DNA of 64,000 nt from Paramecium tetraurelia (lineage: Eukaryota). Shown here in pieces: positions 25,745 through 39,383 of this stretch (position 1 is its first letter; each line of letters starts with the position of its first letter). The notes under the pieces are model-generated. The model had not been told where the DNA came from and did no database searches. It saw only the letters and a list, made by a program, of their open reading frames with translations. The translations under genes and the position numbers were made by a program. The stretch covers positions 62,001 to 126,000 of the forward strand of contig CT868059.1 in the NCBI GenBank assembly GCA_000165425.1, read 5' to 3'.

Positions 25745-26893
25745 ATGTTAAAATCAATAACAAGGAGAAGAAAAAAATATATTTTCTTGGATTACTTGAT
25801 AATTTTATTTACGGCACTTTACTTAAGAATCAGAAGTGTTGATACTGGTTTTTACAGTTCTCTTCAACCTAATTACTTATAGTTGTTGACTATTCTATTT
25901 GCATTGATGTTTGCCAATATAGGTATTTATCAATTAATGGATGAAAGGCAGAGTACAATGTATCCTTATAAGTGCAATTCTGAATATATTCAGTATCTAC
26001 TGGTTGAGCACCTCAACTTATATAGTTTTAGTGTCAAGCATTTATAAATTTACATATGACAGTTTGATTCTATTAGTGTTTTGTCATAGTTTGAATGTAT
26101 TTAGAGATAAAGGAATCCAAGTCTTGACCTATTGCTATGCTTTTGGGAAGTATTAATTAAAACCTATGAGAGTTACCTCGAAATAGTTCAGATATTCTTT
26201 AATTTAAACTATTTCAAGTTTCTCCTGTTCATACTGATTGTCTCTCTGTCTTTGCTACGTTAAAGATGCAGGTAATTGCCATAGTCTAATTATTTTATTG
26301 TAATAAAGTATCTGTGCACCACTCGGATTGCAATAATACAATCAATTATCCTACTCCACGTCCTTTTAACAGTAATCAACTTACATACTTTTGTCAATGT
26401 GGTCACATCCTCTTCCGTAAGATATGTAGTCCTATTGATATACCCTTTGTTTCTCTTGGCAATAGATCCGAAATTCAGAAATATTAGTCAAATAATTTTA
26501 GCACTCAATGTTATTTTGAGTTTGCTTTTATTGTTCGATCATCAGGTGATATTTTTCATGGCTTCCCTGCTTATCCCTCATATATTTGTTTTTTAATTGG
26601 CTCTTTTTATTTTTATATTTTCAGAAATTAATCCAAAAATATCCAAGGAACACAAATACCTGAACTATGATGCAATGATTTTAATCTATTACATCATCTT
26701 AAAGAACTCTTATGCTCATTACGATTCATATGTGTAATACAAAGGTATCATTTACTTTATGTCAATCATTATTGCAATATTTATAATTATCAAGAGCAAG
26801 AGATTTTAAAAATCCTTTGCAATTAAACAGAATTATTAAAATAATTCTTATGACTAATTTGAAAGCGCAAAAAATGATGATACTGTATTTTGA
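25745..26893 (+). CDS. Multi-pass membrane protein (MFS-like)
   Basis: About 10-12 hydrophobic segments across the spliced frame; introns near 25923, 26149 and 26272; TGA at 26891-26893. Confidence 0.6.
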
Positions 26894-26923
26894 ATATTTT
26901 TAATTTTGTATAATTAATAACTA

Positions 26924-28189
26924 ATGAAATTAACACAGGAGATTAAATTCTCTTTACAAAAAACTCAAAAGGTCCTTTCCATTCAAATGTAAGTCCACCA
27001 TATTAATGATTTCACCAAGTTGTTCAAAAAATGCATCTTTCCTGGAAGCAGGTGGCAATTAGAATAAGAAAACATCAAATCTATAGCCACTACATTCGAA
27101 GAACCTTTACCTGAGAATTTATAAGAATTCATCAAAGAAAACAATTGCCAAATCCTTGAAAAGGAAGTCACTGTCGGATATGATAACATGACATACAATG
27201 AAGTCCTCCAATAATTATTGCCAAAAAACGTTTAAGCACCTTAAGGTTATGAGATTATTGGGAAGATTGCTCACTTCAATTTGTCCCTTGAACAATTGCC
27301 ATACAAATACTTAATAGGTCAAGTGCTTTTAGATAAAAATAAACATTTGTAAACTGTGTGTAACAAATTAGAAAAATTACACAACGTCTACAGAACACCC
27401 CAATTAGAGTTACTAGCAGGCAATAATTCTTATGATGCTATTGTACCTGAAGGGGGTGTGAGGTTATTTTTAAATTTTGAGAAAGTGTATTGGTGTACTC
27501 GTTTGTACTCAGAAAGGGAAAGAGTTATAAAATATATCAAAGAATTATCAAATGGCAAAAATATTAAAGTTTTAGATTTATTCTGTGGAATCGGTCCCTT
27601 TTCACTAAGAATTGCTAAGGATCTAAATGCTTAATGTTTGGCAAACGATTTAAATCCAGAGTGCTACTATTACTTATTAAAGAATATTATTGAGAACAAG
27701 GTTTAGAATCAAGTAACTCCTTTGAATATGGACGCTAGAGAAGTTGTATTGAAGATTTACAATAAGGAGATAGATTTTGATTTTAATCATGTGTATATGA
27801 ATTTGCCAGTTTTGGCAATAAACTTCTTGGATGTCTTCAAAGGGTTCACTTAGAGGACTGGGAAAGTTGATTTGCCATACATTCATGTGTATGGATTTGC
27901 AAAGGGGAAGGACGATTAAGAGTTGATTGAGCAATTTTCGCAAAGGATAATTAAGGGATTGCCTGGATTTGACAAATCTTAAATTTTAAGATTCCACATT
28001 TTGAAGAACGTTACTAAGATGAAAAAAATGTGTTGTTTGTCCTTCTAATTGGATAAAAAGAGTGCTGAATCAGAGTTTGGTTTGGTGGAACAAGAGGATG
28101 GAAACAACAGTGATTTTGAGGATGACGAAAAGATGGAATAACACGAGTTGGTTGAGGATGTGGTAAACAAAAAAGTAAAAATTGATTGA
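26924..28189 (+). CDS. TRM5: tRNA (guanine-37-N1)-methyltransferase Trm5
   Basis: [71 protein letters not shown]; intronless, 422 codons. Confidence 0.95.
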
Positions 28190-28265
28190 AACTAATTTGG
28201 ATTTGATGTTTAAAATCATGTTATATTGTCCAATTAAAGTTGTAATTAAATCTAAAATTTATTAA

Positions 28266-29529
28266 ATGTTGTTGCCCACATTTCAATCTTCATTCTTCTA
28301 GATCTATACGACTTCTACGACTGTTAATGTGGCAGTTTTTTTGGACAAATTGGTTATCGAAGGATTCAAGGGTCGAAAGCAAAAGGTCTTGGAGTTTGTT
28401 TAAACAAGTTATTGTATTGAGTGGGATTACGCTATGTATGTATAATTAAAGACAATTTAGAAGTCAGAATAATTAATTGATGGGCTTCACATTATGCTTA
28501 GATGGACAAAGACGATATTAATTTGAAGGTGAGGTGTTAAATGTAACTGGACTGAGAAGTGTTTTAAAAGGCAAAATTGGTTTTTTCAATTGGGAAAAGG
28601 AGTTTTCCTTCTAGAAATGGATAAAGAAGACTGAGCATTGTGAAGTAAGAATATTCATTATTCTATAAAGATTTTTCAAGTTTTACGGGGCGAAAATTTA
28701 AAAGTAATAAAAGTCCTGCAAGACAATTAGGTAAACATGCATTCTTATATTTAGACCAATTTAGAATTATCGGTCAATCATATATTAAATCAAAAACCTC
28801 ATGTCAATCTTCTTCACTGCGATGAGTTCTACAGGGACGAACAACAAATTTATTTAGTGATGGATTATCATAGTTTATCACTAGAGGATTTGTAAAAGGA
28901 ATACAGTAATAAAATGATACCCCTCAATATTATTCGAATAATCTTATAATAATTATTAGAAGGTAATTAAAATCATATTATAATTAAAGGACTTAATCAT
29001 TTGCATTCAAACCAAATAATCCATAAGGACTTGAAGTATGGCAACGTGTTGTTGACCCCAAACCAAACCGTTAAGATCTTCGATTTCGGCTTATCACAAA
29101 TAGGCTAAAATACTAATATCCGATCAGGAACAGGAGGTTATTTAGCCCCTGAGGTATTTCAGAATTAACCGATTACTTCCAAAAGTGACATCTTCAGTCT
29201 CGGAGTGATATTCCACAAAATGCTGACTGGAAAGGGGATATTTAAAAACCTTGAAGAAAACATGGCAGGCTAAATGAGGATTAGTTCTCAATTGAAGGAT
29301 AAGAATGCCAAAGATTTACTGTTAGCAATGTTGAATTAGGATCCAGAATTAAGATTTACAGCTGAGGACTGTTTAGCTCATCCTTTTTTCATTGGGGAAT
29401 ATGATAAGCCTTCATAAAAGTATGATATCATTATCAGCTGATAGGATATGTCTTAGTAATTATTTGAGTCCTCTGTCTCAATATAAATTGTATCCCCAGT
29501 CTACTTAAATGATTAGCTTATCTTTGTGA
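28266..29529 (+). CDS. Divergent Ser/Thr kinase (non-RD, no Gly loop) with N-terminal extension
   Basis: KVIK, IIHKDLKYGNVLL, IFDFGL, GTGGYLAPE, SDIFSLGVI; five tiny introns. Confidence 0.85.
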
Positions 29530-29677
29530 GTTTTTCCACTTTTCATGATTTTATAATATATGTATCCACTCATATCATGAAAATGGTGAATTAAGCAAAT
29601 ATATTATATAAGGGTATGTTTGAATCAATAGTACTATAAAATTCCATTTAATACTAATCTTAAAAATATTTAAAATA

Positions 29678-30399
29678 ATGAATTTCACAGACATATTGGC
29701 CTCCAAATTTGAACCAGAAACAACTGGTACAACTATCATGGCAGTCATTTATGATGGTGGATTATTAATTGGTGCTGATAGTCGAACATCTTCTGGGTAA
29801 TTATCAATAAATACTTTCAAAGCCAATTTGTTGCAGATAGATGTGCTGATAAAATCGATTACATTCACGATAGAATATTTTGTTTGAGAAGTGGCGCAGC
29901 TGCAGACACTTAAATAATTACCAAACATGTCAGATACTATGTAGATGCACACGCATAAGAATTGGGCAGATTGCCCGCTGTAGCCACTGCTGCAAATCTC
30001 TTCAGAAATTTCTTATACGAATACAAGGAGTATATAATTTATGAATATGCCAAGCTCAATGTCAGCATCCATCATCGTTGCTGGATGGGATCCATATAAG
30101 GGTCCATAGATATTCACATTGCCTTTGGGAGGATCAGTCATTGAGCAGAAATGGAGTATCGGTGGATCTGGAAGTACATTTATTTGGGGATTCTGTGATT
30201 CCAATTACAAAGTATGTTGAATCAATTATGTGTTAAGGAAAACATGACACATCAAGAAGCACGAGCATTTGTTTCACATGCAGTAGCTCACGCCATGTTT
30301 AGAGATGGATCATCTGGTGGGATCATAAGATTACTTAACGTAACCAAAGATAAAATCGAGCGAGAATTTATTGATTATAAAGATGTCCCATTCAAATGA
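29678..30399 (+). CDS. PSMB6: 20S proteasome subunit beta 1 (PSMB6/Pre3)
   Basis: Propeptide then G|TTIMAVIYDGGLLIGADSRTSSG..DKI..RIFCLRSGAAADTQ..GGSGSTFIWGFCD..AMFRDGSSGGIIR; three introns. Confidence 0.96.
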
Positions 30400-30614
30400 G
30401 TTTGCATTAATACATCAATATTATATTCAAGTTATTTCAACATAATGTGTCTCATGAACTCAACAGAAATTCAATCTTAGCCTTTACAATAGTGTCTTAA
30501 AATCCATCAACTTAATTATAAGGGAATTTACAAGAACATTGACACAGATTTACCGAATACCCAGTTTTCACACATATTTAGATTACATACATATTAATTA
30601 TATAAAATTAAAAA

Positions 30615-31026
30615 TCAAAAAGAGTAGTTCTGATTAGATGTGTATTTTTCTTCTTAATCAGAATCTGCGTCATTGTATTCAACCAAATGATCTTCCATAA
30701 ACTCTACCATTTCTTATAACTTCTGACTTTTATAATCTAGTAATTTACGTACTAATCCAATAAGCTATGTTTATAACACTTGATCTAAATACTTGATCAT
30801 GTTTTATGAATTTCCTATTTAAATAAGCAGGGTGTTCATAAATTATTTAATTCACAATGTCTTCTGGATTGGTTAGAAATATCAAGTTGTTTAACGAAAT
30901 CTGATAAAGATGCTTTTTCTTCTCTTTCTAATGTTGCTTATAAACCAGTCCTATAGTTGGTGGGTCAAACTTTAAAACCCACTTTATTGGTATTACTCTT
31001 ATCCCAAAAGGCTCAACTTAATTCAT
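30615..31026 (-). CDS. CEP19-like small protein
   Basis: MNQVEPFGIRVIPIKWVLKFDPPTIGLVY..KKHLYQISL..EHPAYLNRKFIKHDQLIGLVRKL resembles the CEP19 N-terminal xFxPPxIxLxY..HxxYL..QL domain. 28-nt intron; 128 codons. Confidence 0.7.
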
Positions 31027-31900
31027 TATATAATTATAAATATCAATTAATATGACTTCTATAAAATACTGTATACAATATTATGTCAATTCCCTTATAT
31101 CCAAGCTCTGCTACTCTCTCTTTGTATTCAGCCCTCTTCCCTGCTTCTTGTTTCCTCAAAAATAATGATAGTTTTAGTAAAACTGCAGAATACCCACCAA
31201 TAGGGAAAAAATGGAATATTTGTCATTAATTCAAATATTTTACTTTTCTTCTTCAATAGTATTAGAATTTCCTATAGATCTTGGTTTGTATACTAATTGT
31301 GAATAATTTCTATGATTATCAATTAAGCAAAAACAACTATTCTATTTATTTAATTTTGCATTTCTCATTTGATTTTCTTATCTTCATCTTATAATGAATT
31401 CAATAACTTATGAGAGATATTATAATCGCTAAAATGATTGAAGAATTCCAGGAATTTAGTAATAGTCATATTTCATATATGGAAATGATCTCATCTAATT
31501 TTCATTAATTAAATGTTATGTTTTTAGTCAAATACTTTTTCATCTGCTCTCTCTTTTGATTCTTATTTACATTCCCGTTGATAATTTCAATCTAGATCTA
31601 TTTTTTTTTGTTGTAAAGTAATATTTTATTACTTAAATTCAACTCATTACATTGTTTCCCATATTGTATAATTTAATTTATTATTATTTTCTACTTTATT
31701 AATATAAAGTGTTTGAATTGAAATTATTATAAGATATAGTTTAAATATATGAATCATTATTAGAAATATGGATAAAATTACATGATTATATCAACAGTCA
31801 TACTATAATTTTAAATACTATACAATGAACAATTGATTTATGCATATACATAAACAATTATTATTTAAAATATTATATAAACTGTAACATCATTTGATAG

Positions 31901-32759
31901 ATGATAATAACATTGTTACTACTCATATAGAAAATAAATGCAGATTGTATTGCTAATCAATATTTGACATTTCCAAAATAGGCTGAATTAGTTTATGTAA
32001 ACTTCTTTATCATGATGCATAGGCAGTTAAGAGGATCACCATAAAATTAGAAGGAGAGTATATAATTGGCTATGGAGATGAGTACGAAGTCAGAGACAAA
32101 TCAAAAATATCACTTAAGTAGGTACCATCGGGAATAATTTTTGCACCTTCAAATTTCGAAATCTATTGTCCAGCAGTCCACATATTATCTAGAAAGGATA
32201 GCATTAAATGTGAGATCTAGTTGAATATGGAAAAAGTTCAGGATGATGAAACAGATCCAACTTCAATTCCACAGAAAGCTAAATTTGTAATTCCAATAGA
32301 AGTAGATAAAGATATTAAATCGAATCCAGTTTTCGAAATAGAAAATAACTTTTAGATGAGATTGATGGATTTGGCAAAATAACTAGAAAAATTAGCTTAT
32401 TATCTAGAATATGAGAATTGTGACATTCTAGTCTATATTATCCCTAAGCCCTTGTCAATATCCACAGATTAGATAACTCTTTTGCAATAATATTCGAAAT
32501 CCATACCTGAAGGAGCTACTGTGGAAGAGATAGAAGAATCTAATAAAGGAGAGTTGTATGTCGAAAACCTGTCCCTTGATACTAATTCAAGTACTCATCA
32601 TTACGGTTTAATCGCAATTGTAATCGGAGTCATCGCTCTGGCAGCCATCAGAGCATTTAGGTATATATTCCTATTAATTTTATAAGTAAAAAGAAGGAGC
32701 AGTAGAACAATCCTGATTAACAACCATTAAATTAACAGGAACTTCAAAACTTAACTTGA
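31901..32759 (+). CDS. Type I membrane protein, unknown function
   Basis: Signal peptide MIITLLLLIQKINA, 26-nt intron, C-terminal TM GLIAIVIGVIALAAIRAF. Confidence 0.75.
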
Positions 32760-33125
32760 ATTTATTAAATAAATTGTGGCTTATTATGAGTTCTTGTAAA
32801 TTATAAATAATTCTAAATGATAATTAGTATAAATTTAATTTCTTTATATAATTGATATTGTTCAAAGTAGTTCTCTCTTAGATTTAAAATCTATTTCTAA
32901 AAATAGCAAAATTGAATAAATTCTTATGTCTTGGTTTGAAAATGAGACTTTAAAGGAAAATGGATTAAAATTCTTATATGAAAAGCTTATAATATTGATT
33001 AAAGATAAATTATAAAACTATAATTAAAATGGCCAAAATTACTCTTTAGAAGATGAGATAATAAAACCTCAAATAGTATAGTTGATTACCCTATCAATAA
33101 TAATTGGTATTCTTTCAAAAAGGGC

Positions 33126-35645
33126 ATGTAAATTGAAGAGATATACAAATTAAATGAAATCAGTTTTATTTAATAGAAATAGATATATAGAATATAAAAG
33201 TAAAATATTTGGATAAAGCAAAACATTATTATGCAATAAAATAAAGGTGAAATTTAATAAAGTAGCAAAGTTCGGATATTGAAAAAAATTACTATAAAAC
33301 TGTAATTACGACTTGATAATGAATATAATGAAGAATCGAATGAGAATCAAATGACATAAAGTGCCTTTGTGTATTATTAGGATTAGTAGGAAATGAGTAT
33401 TGATTTTGTTCATAGCAAAATGGAAAGAGACAATAACAATATATGGTTTGCTAATGTTGAGATTGATCCTAATCATGGTTACAAATACTATTACAAATTA
33501 TAATAAAAAAACAAAATCAAATAGGAATCACAAACAAGATATTTTAAATATGATCCATTGGGAAGAATAGCAATAGATGAATGGAACTGTGTTTGGTGTT
33601 TGTATAGGTATTAAGTGGAGGATCCTGGGATATTGGAACATTTTCAATTAAAAATAAAGGATTATCAGAAAAAGTCATATCAAAGCATTGATCATTAGAA
33701 TGATAATGAGCCTGGAGTCTCTTACTTGGAGTGTTCAGAAACCCTTAAGCTTTAAGATTAATAGTTGAAACGATAATTTGCTTTTATATATAAAAATAAC
33801 TAAGATTAAGTGGAATTGAGTAATTAATTTGATCCAAGGAAAGGGAATAGTTTTATGAACAATTTTGTATTGAATAAGTTTAAAGAGAGCATAATCTTAA
33901 GTAATGAATAAGAATAGAAAATCAAATCGTGTCTCTCTAAAAAATAAGTAGTGTCAACATAAAATAATGACCAATAATACCAAAAGAGAATACAGGAATT
34001 AGAAAATAAATTTAACATGAAGGCTGATGAAGCACATAATTATAGATTGCAATTAGATAATGAGATTGAAGTAAAAAAGAAAACTTAAAACACAATTTAA
34101 AAATTGGAGTCTTAATTGAAAGATTTAAAAGAGTAAAATAGAGAATTAGACCATACTTTGTAACATAATTAATAATTGTACGAGTATAATCTCAAAGAAA
34201 GGGAGTCTGAGTATAAGTATTAGATTATGAAGACCATGGAAGACCAAAATAGGGAATTACAAGATAAGTTGGAATAAATCTCAAAAAGAAACAGTGAAAT
34301 GTTGAAAAAAGAGTAAGAGAGAATGGAGGAGGATTAGAGAGCTTTGTAAACGAAATCTCAAGAAGTAGTAAACAAATATAGATAAATGCTTGACGAGGCA
34401 AATGAACAAATTAGAAATCATGAATTAAAATCATTTAATTTTTAGAGTGATGATATCACAATATCATTTATTCAATCTGAAATACCAGATTGGGTTTAGC
34501 AAAATATTGGTGACCTAGAGTAGACAATTACATCATATAAGAATATCGAAGAAACTCTGAAAAAGGAGAAAGATGATATTGAACAATATTATCACGAAAA
34601 GAACAAGAAAGAAAAATCATTGTATTAAAAAAAAGCCTAAGAGTTGCTTAAAAAGGGTGAAAATTGTTAGAAAGAACTGGATAAGTGTAAAATTATGTTA
34701 GAAGATAAAATAAAGGAATCTGAGGTCTAGGCTGACGAAAATAATTTCAAAGTATAAAAGTATAAAGCACAGTTAAATAAACTTAAATCACAATTATAGA
34801 AGAAATCTGATGATCTAGCAGTTTTTATTAAGGCTTATAAGGAGTTAGAATAGAAATTAGAAGATGAGTAATAAAAAAATATGTTATTGCAACGAGAACT
34901 CGATGACACAATCAGATCTTCAGAAAAAAAGAGATAAGAAGAATTTGAACGCTTTTAAAAGGATCGCCAGGATGAAATGAAGTAGCTCCAAGAGGAAAGT
35001 TAACAATAATTATTGTTAGAGAAGGAAAAGCATGAACAACTTCAAAGGGAACAAAAATATGAACAACAGAAATTGATTGAAGAAATGATCAAATTCACTT
35101 ATCAAAAAATAGGAGATGAAATCTTAGTCCCCTATTTTGATGCTTAAAAGAAATTCCATGATAATCTAATTTTTAATTTCAAAAGCGAGATTAAAACTGT
35201 CATTAAAGAAAATATTGAAAACTTCGAAACTCCAGTTAATTAATTATCATATAGGCTGTCTCATATTGAGGAAGAGCAATTAGAAGAATAGAAAATGGAG
35301 GCACTACAGAAACACGAGGATTTGGTTTCAGCAATTCAACAATTCAAGGAAGACTCAAAAATCGAAAATGCGAAGGGGCTAAAATAGGCTTTCATTTAAT
35401 ATACTATTGAATGCAATAAAATATCTGAGATGGCTATGAAAACAAACTTCATGAACAATCAGGATGGAGAATAAATCTACTAAATAAATCACTGGAAATC
35501 AATTTTAGATTAAAGATTAGATTCTTTACAGAGATTACTTAGTTTCTCAAATGAGCTATCAGAATGGTATCAACAATTCCAAAGTAGCAGAGACATTATT
35601 ACTAAAGCATATGAAGATTTGAAAATGAAACATCAGTATCAGTGA
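33126..35645 (+). CDS. Long coiled-coil protein with degenerate N-terminal CBM20-like segment (alternative start at 33231)
   Basis: Uninterrupted code-6 frame of ~2.5 kb; MERDNNNIWFANVEI..YKYYYK..ESQTRYF..IDEWN, then E/K/Q-rich heptads. Confidence 0.75.
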
Positions 35646-35716
35646 TTAATTCAATGAAGTGAACATTACAGATTTATGTTATATTATTACCGAAATCATT
35701 ATTATTAATTATTATT

Positions 35717-38700
35717 ATGAAAAGTATAGATGATTATAAAAAAATAGTAATTACTATGAAAAAAAGAGTAAAGTTATTGTAATAAGAAAACTAAGATCTA
35801 AAGAGGTTATAATAGGAGAAGGTTTATGTTTATTCTGATAGATATACGGCAATTAAGTAATTGAAGAAAGCAGCAAAGAAATTGGGATTGACAACTGAGA
35901 TGTTTTTCAGGGCTGCTGACACAAAATCAATGGAAATAGTCACAACAAAAAGATTGGGAGAAATATTTAAAACAGTTGCTAAACTCCATGATAATTATGT
36001 GTAAGAGTTGCTAAATATTTTTGATGTTGATGAGTCGGGTTCAATAACAAGAGATGAATACTATTAGACTTTAGAGATGTATTAAATCAACGAAGAGTGT
36101 GGTAGCAATTTCAATCGAAATTCCTATTCAAAGTTTATTTATTTTTTAAAAAAAGAGCAGTATGATGGAATTATAGGTTTTATTAAGATGGATCCAAATA
36201 AGTTGGGTTACATTACAAGGGAAATGTTTGTTGCATTCACTTAAAGTTTAAATAATTGGCAATAGTATTTAACATTGAGGGAAATTTATTCAGCTTATCA
36301 ATATATGGATATATCAGAGAACGAGCAAATTTCAAGGGAGGAATATTTATAAGCATTTGAGAAATTACCTGCACTTCCTCAGGCTGGTAAAATATAGGAG
36401 TAGAAAGTAAATGTGTTGAGAAAGGTGCTTTTGATTAAGGGAGTGAGATTGAGTAGTTTTGTATTGGAATTGATGCTCTCTATTCAAAAACCGGAAGATG
36501 GAATAACCATTGAAGTATTCTATAGAGTAGCCAAATAATACTTGGATAAGAAAGAAACACTGTCATTGTTTAAGTTAATGGATTATTAAGAAAGGGGTTC
36601 TATAGATTATGATGAGATAATGAGCTTTTATTATATGACAATGAGTTATGGGGATTCATTTGAGATTGTATTTACTATTTTGGCGAGAAAACTATAGGCA
36701 ATGAATATGTCAATAGAGAAGTATTTGAAGTAGGAATAGATTTATGCTGAGACTCAATTGACGGTGGAATAATTTAGTTCGATTGCTTATGATTTATTTA
36801 ATACTCCAAATTATGAGATTTCATCAAAGTTATTTGAAGCAATGGATCTTGATAATTCTGGAGTTGTGTCAGCTTAAGAAATTATTACTTATACGAATGA
36901 TTCATTAAAAAATTACAGTTTGTTATTGAGACAGAAGTCATAAACTTAAACGACTGTGATGTTTGAAGATTTTGATTCCACGTAGATTGAGATTGCAAAT
37001 TTAGACATTGAAGAATAATTGTTGTTTGAATTGAAAAAATACAAAACAACTTTTTCTGATAAGGATAGATTTTAAAATTTTCAATATATTTTTACGAATG
37101 AAATTTCATGTTTGCTTGTGTGTTTGTAGATTGTTGAGAATCTAAAATTGAGCAAACAAAAATATTGGGAAGATCCTGAATTTGGATCACATAAAATGGA
37201 TCCATTTGGGGCTAATTCTATATTTAGAGTTGAAAATTTACCAATTACAGGATGGCCAGATGCAAAAGATTTATGTTGGTAGAGGATCTCTGAAATTTGT
37301 GGTGATTGGGTGTTTATGGATGAAAATGGTGCAAATGCCAATGATGTAATCTAATCACATTATTTAGGAGATTGTTGGCTGATATCTGCATTATCTATTA
37401 TAGCTGGCAATGATAAGTATTTGGTAGATCAAAGTGATATCAGCAAAGGCTTATATCCAAAGTTATTTCATTTTCTAAGCAAATATGGAATCATTGTTAT
37501 CAAATTTAATAAAATGTTTAGAGATGTTTATGTAGTCATTGATGATCGATTTTGTACATATAATAATAAATTGTTATTTGCTGAATGTAGGAGTGAAAGA
37601 GAATGGTGGGTACAAATCATAGAAAAAGCCTATGCCAAATTGCATACTTGTTATGAATCACTTACATCAGGAGACATTTCTTAGGCCTTATTTGATTTTA
37701 CTGGCATACCTTGTACCAGGCATGTTATTGATGAGACCAATATTACTAAAGATCCTGTAGAACGGAAAAAATTTTTATTAAACCTATTTGAAATTGGTAA
37801 ATAATCAAAAGCATTAATGGGATGTTCAGCTCATGGAACAGGCTAAGTGCTATTAAATAGTGAGGAAACAGGATTATACAGAGGACATGCCTATAGTATA
37901 TTGCATTACTTTCATTTGAAGGATGATCAATCCAGAATACACAAATTAATTATGCTCAGAAATCCATGGGGGTTTGGAGAATGGAAACTCAAATGGTCAG
38001 ATTATAGTCAATAAATGAATGAAAACTTCGAATTGATTCAAGCTTACTTTAAGGAGGAAATCTAAAGATGCAAAGAAAATGGTGATGAACCTCCTGACCC
38101 TTATGCTTTAGGTGATGACGGTATTTTCATTATGAATTTCAAAAGTTTTCACAATGTCTTTAATAATATTTTCATGAGTGTTAATCTGGATGAAAAGTGG
38201 TCTGTCATGAGAATTTATGACAGCTTTACTAAAGAACATTTGGGCACTCCTACTAAAAATGAAAGATCTCAAGCTCTTTATCCATTTAACAACCCTAGGT
38301 ACACAATTCGAATAAATCACCCCTTTCCAAATAAGAAGATTTATATCACTCTCTCATAAAGAGATGGAAGATTGGATAGATAAGCTAAGTATCCTTATGA
38401 AGGCAAGCTCGTTAAGATTATCATGTGCTTATTTTAATTATAGTAAAATGAAACTGAACTCACTAAATTTTAAAAGCCTGTTCATGACTCCAAATTACTT
38501 TCAGGTAGAAGAGATATAGATATGGAGGTGTTCTCTGTTCAAAATGCAACTTATGTACTCATTCCTTCAGCACATGTAATTTCTCATTAATATTTTGCAG
38601 AAACCTAATATAACTGGAGATTATGTGATTTCTGTCTATTTCGATTTCCCACCTAACGGTATCATTATAGAGAGTAGTACAAATAATCAATTCTTGTTGC

Positions 38701-38765
38701 AACCAAAAATATATACATCTCTTATGCAAAATCCTACGCTATTAAAGTTATTTAATAAACTATGA
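35717..38765 (+). CDS. Calpain-family cysteine protease with multiple N-terminal EF-hands
   Basis: EF loops DVDESGSITRDE, DPNKLGYITREM, DISENEQISREE, DYQERGSIDYDE, DLDNSGVVSAQE. Triad QSHYLGDCW (Cys 37373), GHAYS (His 37886), LRNPWG (Asn 37961). Domain III NNPRY..YVLIPS. 1008 codons after a 25-nt intron. Confidence 0.93.
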
Positions 38766-39383
38766 GTTCCTTTTTAATATACAATTTTAATTTATTATAC
38801 CTATATTAGATTAAATGTTCTTGATGTGTATTTGTATTATCTAACAACTAGATGTATTATGAATAAGAGTAATTCTTGTGATTATTTCATGAGTTATATT
38901 GTTGATCAAACAATTCTATTTCATATAAGAAACTTTCTAATTATAATTACAATCTATTAGATAGTAAGTATCTTTTCTATGAATTATAATAATTTAATAT
39001 TTAATTTGAAAAAACCCTAGAATCAACATAATTTTATAATTTATTATACTAAAGATTTTACTTTCCTAACTATTAATATAATTACATCATTTATTCATAT
39101 ATATAAATCTAATCATAACGATGCTTTTATAGAGTATTTAATAGCTAGATAACTCAAAACACAATATATACGTAACAACAATAAATCTTACTTTAAAAAC
39201 TTATTTTCGGAGAAGTAGATTCAATCAACATTAATTTGATCATCAAAAATGTGTGAAATATTCAATATATTTCATGGGTAGATAGATGTAATATTTGAAA
39301 GAGGGAATTGTTTTTGATTAAAAAATAAAGACAATATCTCAATATTATATATTACTAATGAGCAATTTGATTAAAATATTAGT

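Noticed and set aside
31030..31665. 5' extension of the CEP19-like gene or a separate upstream gene
   Set aside because: All frames tried hit TGA; the ATG at 31026 gives a complete domain.
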